NCBI GenBank assembly: GCA_002898375.1
Contig: BEIN01000014.1
Span: 6,712-70,711, forward strand
Source: a bacterium HR37
GTDB lineage: Bacteria; Desulfobacterota_D; UBA1144; Nemesobacterales; CSP1-2
Direction: 5' to 3'
DNA length: 64,000 nt
Below the pieces are notes generated by a model. The model was not told where the DNA came from. It saw only the letters and a list, made by a program, of their open reading frames with translations, and searched no databases. Position numbers and translations under genes: made by a program. Shown piece by piece: positions 57,746 through 64,000 of the stretch; positions within the stretch are counted from its first letter, which is position 1, and each line of letters begins with the position of its first letter.

Positions 57746-59413
57746 ATGTCCGGTGAGATGGAGGAAGTGGTAACAGAGTTTATACTGGAGTCAAAAGAAT
57801 CGTTAGATAAGCTGGACTCTCTCTTTGTTGAATTTGAGGAGAAGGGATACGATAAAGCTATAGTCAATGAGATTTTCAGGATAGTCCATACTATTAAGGG
57901 TGCAGCTGGTTTTCTTGGATTTAAATCCATAGTGGATATATCTCACGGGGCAGAAAATATCTTAAAAAAGCTAAGGGATGGTGAGATCCCGCCTACAGAT
58001 AGGCTGATTGATGTACTCCTTAAAAGCACCGATAAACTTAGGGTTCTTATTAACCACATTGAAACAGGGAATAGTTTTAACGAGGATGTTGGTGAGTTGG
58101 TAAAAGAGCTTGAGGATTCCCTTAAGGAAGCACAATCAAAAGGGCAGAAGATGGTTCGGTCAGAATCTGCTCTGGAAGCCGAAAATCAGGTGCCGATAGA
58201 TTATGAGAAAGCGGTTTTTGAGAGAAGAGAGAGAGTCCAGACACTAAGGGTTGATGTGGAGAGGCTAAATGAGGTAATGGATCTTACGGGGGAGGCAGTT
58301 TTAATAAGAAACAGGCTTTTAAATATTGCAGGTTACTTTGAGAGAAAGTTTGCAGACGATCCGTATGTAAAGGGTTTCCTTGAAGCGGTCTCATCTCTTA
58401 ACCTTGTAACCTCTGATATGCAGATTGCTGTTATGAAAATGAGGATGCAGCCAATAAGCAGGGTTTTTAACAAATTCCCCCGCCTTGTAAGGGATATATC
58501 TAAATCACTCGGGAAAGAGGTTGAACTTAGGATTTCAGGAGAAAACACAGAAGTTGATAAATCGGTTATTGAGGAGATAGATGACCCCCTTGTTCATCTT
58601 ATGCGAAACGCAATAGACCATGGCATAGAAACCCCTGAGGAAAGAAGGGCAAAGGGTAAACATGAAAAAGGTATTATTTCCATAAATGCCTTTCAAAGGG
58701 GAAAACAGATTATTATAGAGATCTCGGATGATGGTAGAGGACTGGATGTGGAGAGGATAAAGGGAAAGGCAATCGAAAAGGGAATTATAACCGAGGATGA
58801 GGCACAAAGGATGTCGGAGGATCTGGCTATAAACCTTATCTTTACGCCAGGCTTTTCTACGGTTGATGTTTCTACCGAGTTTAGCGGACGTGGTGTTGGA
58901 ATGGATGTTGTTAAAACAGCCGTCTCTAAGCTAAATGGGTATATAGAGGTTTTTTCGAGAAAGGATAAGGGGACAACATTTAGAATAAGCATTCCCCTTA
59001 CCCTTGCAATAATTCAGGCCATAATAGTGCGGTCTATGGGGGTTCAGTATGCTATTCCTCTAAGCTCGGTTGAGGGGCTCTTAAAGTTGGGTTCCAGCGA
59101 TGTAAGAAAAGTATCAGGAAAGAGAATGCTTTGCGTACGTGAGAAAACCCTTCCGCTTTTTGACCTCTCAGCTCTACTGGGTTTTGGGTGTGGTGAGGGA
59201 ATACAATGTGAATACGGTGTTGTTATCGCGGTAGGGGAAAGACGGTTTTGTATTTCTGTGGATGAGCTCCTTGGACTTGAGGAGATTGTGGTTAAACCAA
59301 TTACTGGCTTGGATGTATCATCTTCCTACGTTGTCGGAGCAACAATAACTGGAGATGGAAGTGTTGTGCTTATTCTTGACCCATCGGGAATTGCAAGGGG
59401 TATTTTTGGATGA
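57746..59413 (+). CDS. cheA: chemotaxis histidine kinase
   Basis: 555 aa; Hpt (HTIKGAAGFLGF), dimerisation and HATPase domains (N box DHGIE, G1 DDGRGLD, G2 GRGVGMD), C-terminal CheW-like domain. Confidence 0.9.
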   Translation: MSGEMEEVVTEFILESKESLDKLDSLFVEFEEKGYDKAIVNEIFRIVHTIKGAAGFLGFKSIVDISHGAENILKKLRDGEIPPTDRLIDVLLKSTDKLRVLINHIETGNSFNEDVGELVKELEDSLKEAQSKGQKMVRSESALEAENQVPIDYEKAVFERRERVQTLRVDVERLNEVMDLTGEAVLIRNRLLNIAGYFERKFADDPYVKGFLEAVSSLNLVTSDMQIAVMKMRMQPISRVFNKFPRLVRDISKSLGKEVELRISGENTEVDKSVIEEIDDPLVHLMRNAIDHGIETPEERRAKGKHEKGIISINAFQRGKQIIIEISDDGRGLDVERIKGKAIEKGIITEDEAQRMSEDLAINLIFTPGFSTVDVSTEFSGRGVGMDVVKTAVSKLNGYIEVFSRKDKGTTFRISIPLTLAIIQAIIVRSMGVQYAIPLSSVEGLLKLGSSDVRKVSGKRMLCVREKTLPLFDLSALLGFGCGEGIQCEYGVVIAVGERRFCISVDELLGLEEIVVKPITGLDVSSSYVVGATITGDGSVVLILDPSGIARGIFG

Positions 59414-60648
59414 GTGCAATATCAAAGGAGGAAATCATGGAGCAGTATATTGGATTTTATCTCGACCAAAATGAGTATATGATTCCTGTATTAAATGTAC
59501 GGGAGATTATAAATATGCCCCCTATAACAAGGATTCCCCTGGCTCCTGCCTATATCGAAGGGGTTACAAACTTGAGAGGAGTTGTGGTTCCTTTGGTTAA
59601 TCTCAAAAAGCTTATGGGATTGAAGGGGATGGAAAAGAATGAGGCGGTAGGTTATGAATTGGGTAATAAGGTTATCATAATAACTCATGGAGGCATGCTT
59701 TTTGGTGTGGTTGTAGATAAGGTAAGCGGTATAATAAGTGTGGAGGAATCAAGTATTGAAGCAACAGAGAGTGTTTTCCACAGCTCTTTAGAGCAAGCTG
59801 AGGGTATAGTTAAACTTAAAGACCGGGTTGCTGTTTTGCTTGATACAAAGAGGTTGCTTCCCGAAGGAGAGCTGGAGGTGTTTGAGGATCTTCTGGTTTC
59901 TTTTAAGGAAAGAGAAGATGGGAAGGTTGAGTTAACCAAAAAAGTTCAGACGATGGGTGGAGAAATTACGGTTAAGGAGCTTAAGGATGCAAGGGATTTC
60001 TTTGAAAAAAGGAAAGCGGACTCTGGTGATCCAAGATATATGGTTCTTGATGATATAGTGGATTTTATAAATGCCCTTGCTGAATGTGACTATGATAGAG
60101 CGGATAGGGTTATTCAGAACATGATAAAGAAGGGACAGGATGAACTTTTTAGTGAGATAGGGAAAATAACAAGGAAACTTCATGATACTATTAAGAGCTT
60201 TAAACAGGCTATTGATCCAAAGATAAAGGAAGTGGCGATGAGAGAGATACCTAGTACAATCGAGTCACTTGAGTTTGTTATTGAGAAATCAGAAGAAGCT
60301 GCAAATAAAACAATGAGCATAGTTGAGAAGTATATACTGGGTATGGATGATCTTGATACCCATATAAAGAGGCTTAGCGGACCGGAAGTATCGGTAGAGT
60401 ACCTAAAGAACTTTAAAAATAACCTGGAGGATGACCTGATTGAAGTGCTTACAACTCAGTCCTTTCAGGATATAACGGGACAGCTTATAAAGAAGGTAAT
60501 AAAGCTTATAGGGGATATAGAAGAGGAACTTGTAAGGCTTATAAAGAACTTTGGTGAAAGGGTGGAGGTGGGCTATAGAACTGAGGCAACTTCCCAGAAG
60601 ATAACCCAGGCCGATGTTGATGAGCTTTTAAGAGAGTTTGGGTTCTAA
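59410..60648 (+). CDS. CheW-like domain fused to a CheZ-like CheY-P phosphatase domain
   Basis: N-terminal ~150 aa CheW fold (YIGFYLDQNEYMIPVLNVREII...GVTNLRGVVVPLVNL). C-terminal region has the CheZ catalytic motif TQSFQDITGQLIKKVIKLI and a CheZ-like C-terminal CheY-docking helix ADVDELLREFGF. Probable start at the internal ATG ~59437 after AGGAGG. Confidence 0.7.
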   Translation: MSAISKEEIMEQYIGFYLDQNEYMIPVLNVREIINMPPITRIPLAPAYIEGVTNLRGVVVPLVNLKKLMGLKGMEKNEAVGYELGNKVIIITHGGMLFGVVVDKVSGIISVEESSIEATESVFHSSLEQAEGIVKLKDRVAVLLDTKRLLPEGELEVFEDLLVSFKEREDGKVELTKKVQTMGGEITVKELKDARDFFEKRKADSGDPRYMVLDDIVDFINALAECDYDRADRVIQNMIKKGQDELFSEIGKITRKLHDTIKSFKQAIDPKIKEVAMREIPSTIESLEFVIEKSEEAANKTMSIVEKYILGMDDLDTHIKRLSGPEVSVEYLKNFKNNLEDDLIEVLTTQSFQDITGQLIKKVIKLIGDIEEELVRLIKNFGERVEVGYRTEATSQKITQADVDELLREFGF

Positions 60649-60653
60649 AGAAG

Positions 60654-61688
60654 ATGATAAGGGTTCTTATAGTTGATGACTCAGCATTTATGAGAAATGC
60701 CCTAAAGACCATGCTTTCTTCCGATCCCGAGATCGAGATTGTAGGTGTTGCACGGGATGGAGTAGAAGCAATAGAGAAGGTTATGAGTTTAAACCCTGAT
60801 ATAGTGACAATGGATGTAGAAATGCCCAGAATGGATGGTCTTACAGCACTAAAACGTATTATGGAGATAAAACCCGTTCCGGTAATTATCGTAAGTTCTC
60901 TGACGTCTGAGGGAGCAAAGGTTACACTTGATGCCCTTGATATCGGTGCTGTGGATTTCATCCCCAAAAACCTATCCGAGCTTTCAGTAGATATTGTGAA
61001 GTTAAAAGAATTGCTTATTGAGAAGGTGAAAAAAGTTGCCGGGAGAAAAAATATAAGAAAAAGGGTAAGTCCCTTTCCTTATAAATCAAACGAGGTTAAC
61101 AGGGCTCACCTAACCTCAAGTAGAAAAATAGGGGTCGTTGCTATAGGAACCTCAACAGGAGGTCCAAGGGCACTTCAGGAGATCATCCCAAAACTGCCAA
61201 AGAACTTTCCGGTTCCAATTGTAATTGCCCAGCATATGCCTGCAACCTTTACCGGACCCTTTGCCGAAAGACTAAACCAGATAAGTCAGATTACAGTTAA
61301 AGAAGCTGAGGATGGAGAGGTCTTGAAACAAGGGGTTGCTTTTATCGCACCGGGAAGGGGGCATATGAGACTGCGAAAAAGGGGTATAGAAACCGTTATC
61401 TCCATAACAAGTGATGATGAGTATATATACCGCCCATCGGTTGATCTTCTTATGACCTCAGTTGCAGAGTGTTTTCCGGGAAAGGCCCTTGGTGTGATAC
61501 TTACCGGTATGGGAAATGACGGTCTTAAGGGTATTTCTGCCTTAAGAGAAAGTGGGGGAAAGGTGATTGCACAGAATGAGGAGACGTGTGTGGTATATGG
61601 AATGCCAAAGGCAGTGGTTGAGGCAGGATTGGCGGATAAGGTTTTACCTCTGGAAGATATAGCTGGTGAGATAGTGAGTTCTCTCTAA
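60654..61688 (+). CDS. cheB: chemotaxis methylesterase/deamidase
   Basis: REC (ILIVDDSAFMR...VTMDVEMPRMDG) + CheB catalytic domain (VAIGTSTGGPRAL...). Confidence 0.9.
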   Translation: MIRVLIVDDSAFMRNALKTMLSSDPEIEIVGVARDGVEAIEKVMSLNPDIVTMDVEMPRMDGLTALKRIMEIKPVPVIIVSSLTSEGAKVTLDALDIGAVDFIPKNLSELSVDIVKLKELLIEKVKKVAGRKNIRKRVSPFPYKSNEVNRAHLTSSRKIGVVAIGTSTGGPRALQEIIPKLPKNFPVPIVIAQHMPATFTGPFAERLNQISQITVKEAEDGEVLKQGVAFIAPGRGHMRLRKRGIETVISITSDDEYIYRPSVDLLMTSVAECFPGKALGVILTGMGNDGLKGISALRESGGKVIAQNEETCVVYGMPKAVVEAGLADKVLPLEDIAGEIVSSL

Positions 61689-61694
61689 TTACCC

Positions 61695-61721
61695 TAAAGT
61701 TTCCCGTTATAAAACCGATAA
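61695..61721 (+). promoter_or_regulatory. sigma28 promoter TAAAGTTT-N11-ACCGATAA downstream of cheB
   Basis: Read directly: CCTAAAGTTTCCCGTTATAAAACCGATAAT. Confidence 0.5.
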
Positions 61722-61856
61722 TATAAAGGGAAAACCTTATGGATATGGTGTGTACTCTGATGGTTTCCTCGATCTCAAGCAGGAAAAAAATGCCTTATCT
61801 GTTAAGGTTTTTCCTTCTTCATCCCCAGATTTATGCGTTTTTGATACCAGTTAATG

Positions 61857-61872
61857 TGGCACCGTTTTTGCA
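61857..61872 (+). promoter_or_regulatory. sigma54 promoter TGGCAC-CGTTT-TTGCA upstream of the MCP gene
   Basis: Perfect consensus; followed by SD GGAGG and the ATG at 61909. Confidence 0.6.
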
Positions 61873-61908
61873 TAAAAAACCAGATGTACCCCTTGGAGGT
61901 TTTGGGAT

Positions 61909-63537
61909 ATGGACTTCTTTAGGAATGTAAATACTCGATCGAAACTCATTATGTGTTTTGCTGTTTTGATGGTGGTTATTTTAATTCCGGGTGCAATGAA
62001 TCTATATCAACTTATGTCTATGAAAGAATCAATACAGATGATATATAAAGACCGGTTAATACCACTTGTTGATCTTGGTGAAATAAGTTATGAACTTTCA
62101 AATCTAAGAATAGGAGCTCTACAGATTGTAGGTGAGCCTGATGAATCTAAAAGAAGGGCTATATTTGAGAGGGCTAAAAACAGTGTAGTAAAAATTGAAA
62201 AGCTTATTGAGAAGATCAGCAGAACAAACCTTGTACCCGAGGAGAAAAAGGTATTAGATGAGCTTATTGTGGCATGGAACAGCTACAATATATCAAGACA
62301 GAATACCTACAATTTGGCAATTGAAGGAAAGCTTGAAGAGGCAAGACAAAATGCCCAGACGGATGCAGCAGTTAAGTTCAAAAGCGTTGCAGAGAAGATT
62401 CAAAGATTGATTCAGATACAAGATGAGGTTACCAAATCTGTATATGAGGAAGCCTCTAAGAGCTATGTGTCTTCAAGAAATACAATAATAGGGCTAGGTA
62501 CTTTTGCAGTTGTAATAGCATCTGCCTTTGTGCTGGTTCTTACAAAACTCATAGCAAATCCCCTTGCTGATTTTACCAATATAGCTAACAGAATAGCAAA
62601 TGGTGAGCTTGATGTAACGATTGAATCAAGAGGAAGAGATGAGATAGGACAGTTATCCGGTGCCATGAAAAAGATGTTAGAGAATCTAAAGGAGATTATA
62701 GGAGGTATAAAGTCGTCTGCTGACAACCTTGCTTCTGCAAGTCAGCAACTTTCGGCAAGTTCAGAGCAGATGTCAAAGGGAATTGCACAGCAGGTGAGCA
62801 AAGCATCTCAGATTGCAACATCCTCAACTGAGATGTCTCAGAGCATAGTTGATATAGCAAAGAATGCTTCAGATATGGCTTCATTTGCTACTGAGGCTGT
62901 AAGGGTAGCACGTGAAGGGGAGAGAGAAGTTAGTAAATCCATAGAGGAGGTTAATGCAATAGCAAGTGTGGTGAACGAATCTTCGGGTCTTATAGTATCT
63001 CTTGGTAGCCGTTCAAGGCAGATAAGTGAAATAGTAACCGTAATAAAAGACATTGCTGATCAGACAAATCTTCTTGCTCTAAACGCTGCGATTGAGGCTG
63101 CAAGGGCTGGAGAGCAGGGAAGGGGGTTTGCCGTGGTTGCAGATGAGGTACGAAAACTTGCTGAGAGAACCACAAAGGCAACACAGGAAATAGAGGGGAT
63201 GATAAAGACCATTCAGGGTGATGTGGACAGAGCCGTTTCATCCATGGAGGGTGCAACAAAGAAGGTTGAAAAGGGGGTTGAGCTTTCAAAAAAAGCAGGC
63301 AAAGCCCTACAAGATATAGTAAACAGCGTTACCAATCTTCAGTCAATGGTTCAGCAGATAGCTTCTGCAACTGAGGAGATGTCAGCTGTATCCGAGCAGA
63401 TAACTCAGGATATAGAAATGATTGCCGGTGTTACAAATGAAACATCTTCAAATGCTACCCAGATATCTCAGGCATCGGCTGATTTGGCAAGGCTTGCAGC
63501 TAGCCTTGAGGGTATGGTTTCACAGTTTAGGATTTAG
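61909..63537 (+). CDS. methyl-accepting chemotaxis protein with periplasmic sensor region, HAMP and MCP signalling domain
   Basis: 542 aa; TM1 near residue 15, TM2 near residue 200, HAMP, highly conserved hairpin tip [35 protein letters not shown]. Confidence 0.9.
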   Translation: MDFFRNVNTRSKLIMCFAVLMVVILIPGAMNLYQLMSMKESIQMIYKDRLIPLVDLGEISYELSNLRIGALQIVGEPDESKRRAIFERAKNSVVKIEKLIEKISRTNLVPEEKKVLDELIVAWNSYNISRQNTYNLAIEGKLEEARQNAQTDAAVKFKSVAEKIQRLIQIQDEVTKSVYEEASKSYVSSRNTIIGLGTFAVVIASAFVLVLTKLIANPLADFTNIANRIANGELDVTIESRGRDEIGQLSGAMKKMLENLKEIIGGIKSSADNLASASQQLSASSEQMSKGIAQQVSKASQIATSSTEMSQSIVDIAKNASDMASFATEAVRVAREGEREVSKSIEEVNAIASVVNESSGLIVSLGSRSRQISEIVTVIKDIADQTNLLALNAAIEAARAGEQGRGFAVVADEVRKLAERTTKATQEIEGMIKTIQGDVDRAVSSMEGATKKVEKGVELSKKAGKALQDIVNSVTNLQSMVQQIASATEEMSAVSEQITQDIEMIAGVTNETSSNATQISQASADLARLAASLEGMVSQFRI

Positions 63538-63558
63538 GAAGGTAACAGGAGGGGTGGA

Positions 63559-64000
63559 ATGAGGTTGAATTCGGATGTACTACAGCTTGTAACGTTTAGA
63601 CTCGGGGAAGAAGAATATGCTATAGATATTCTAAAGGTTCAGGAAATTATAAGAATGGTTGAAGTAACACCAATTCCAAATGCTCCATATGTTGTTGAGG
63701 GTGTTATTAACCTTAGGGGAAGAGTTATACCCGTAGTAAACTTAAGAAAAAAGTTTGGAGTACAGGGGGATTGCAGTACCGCTCAGTCAAAGATTATAGT
63801 GGTAGATATAGGTATAATCTGTGGTCTCATCGTTGATACTGTTTCAGAGGTGTTAAGACTTCCTCTAGATAGCGTAGAACCCCCTCCTTCTTTTGCAAAT
63901 AATGCTGGTTCTAGGGCTATAAAAGGGATTGGAAAATTAGACGACAGGCTCCTAATACTCCTTGAGGTATCCAGGCTTTTTGAGAACTCTGAGTTGAACA
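63559..64000 (+). CDS. cheW: chemotaxis coupling protein CheW (3' end beyond the window)
   Basis: Hand translation from ATG 63559 after GGAGGGG: MRLNSDVLQLVTFRLGEEEYAIDILKVQEIIRMVEVTPIPNAPYVVEGVINLRGRVIPVVNLRKKFG... No stop before the window end, so it is absent from the ORF track. Confidence 0.8.
   Translation, partial: MRLNSDVLQLVTFRLGEEEYAIDILKVQEIIRMVEVTPIPNAPYVVEGVINLRGRVIPVVNLRKKFGVQGDCSTAQSKIIVVDIGIICGLIVDTVSEVLRLPLDSVEPPPSFANNAGSRAIKGIGKLDDRLLILLEVSRLFENSELN

Noticed and set aside
61739-61930. 63-aa ORF in the MCP upstream region
   Set aside because: Lies between the sigma28 and sigma54 promoters, has no SD, and its 3' end overlaps the MCP start; better explained as 5' leader.
1-64000. 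Searched intergenic regions for tRNA, rRNA, CRISPR repeats and transposase genes
   Set aside because: No cloverleaf-compatible T-loop motifs (GTTCGAATC-like), no direct-repeat arrays, no transposase or integrase ORFs found by eye; none reported.

Overview
Strand-biased ~54 kb flagellar/chemotaxis supercluster (approx 10.7-64 kb) from a probably thermophilic bacterium (Lys/Glu/Ile-rich proteins, AGG/AGA Arg codons, ~40% GC), preceded by ~10.7 kb of unrelated genes. Coordinates I derived by hand for motifs (promoters, palindromes) are approximate, within a few nt; CDS coordinates follow the ORF track.

Unrelated genes (1-10.7 kb): a partial DUF523/DUF1722 fusion gene, a class II CPD photolyase, a phnD-phnC-phnE-like ABC transporter, a 5'-truncated alkaline-phosphatase-superfamily fragment, an AcrAB-like RND pump plus membrane-fusion protein, and a DUF123 (GIY-YIG) protein.

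Flagellar/chemotaxis genes, in window order:
- minus strand: flgL, flgK, flgN, flgM, flgJ (rod-binding + M23 fusion), flgI, flgH, flgA, flgG, flgF.
- plus strand: fliK, flgD, flgE; then a small FlgM-like ORF, a REC protein, a REC-GAF-HD-GYP protein, motA, motB.
- minus strand: fliS, fliD, flaG, fliC.
- plus strand: a second FliK-like protein plus a FlhB-C-terminal-like protein.
- minus strand: ylxF-like, fliJ, fliI, fliH, fliG, fliF, fliE, flgC, flgB; then a sigma54-dependent response regulator, a PAS histidine kinase, a TPR protein and a second sigma54-dependent response regulator.
- plus strand: fliL, fliM, fliN, fliO, fliP, fliQ, fliR, flhB, flhA, flhF, flhG, fliA; then a HEAT-repeat protein, cheR, an atypical CheY-like receiver, cheY, cheA, a CheW-CheZ fusion, cheB, an MCP and a partial cheW.

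Read directly from the sequence: six near-consensus sigma54 (TGGCAC-N5-TTGCA) promoters and four sigma28 (TAAAGTTT-N11-GCCGATAA-like) promoters at operon heads, indicating a sigma54/two-component then sigma28 hierarchy.

Most unusual items: the CheW-CheZ fusion, the D-to-E/DD-to-DG CheY-like pseudo-receiver, the HEAT-repeat gene inside the fliA-che operon, the paralogous FliK-like/FlhB-C pair, a sigma28 operon coupling an HD-GYP c-di-GMP phosphodiesterase to motAB, dual sigma28/sigma54 promoters on the MCP gene, a mutual 5'-truncation scar in the phn region, and paired palindromes upstream of the efflux operon.

No rRNA, tRNA, CRISPR array or transposase was found.
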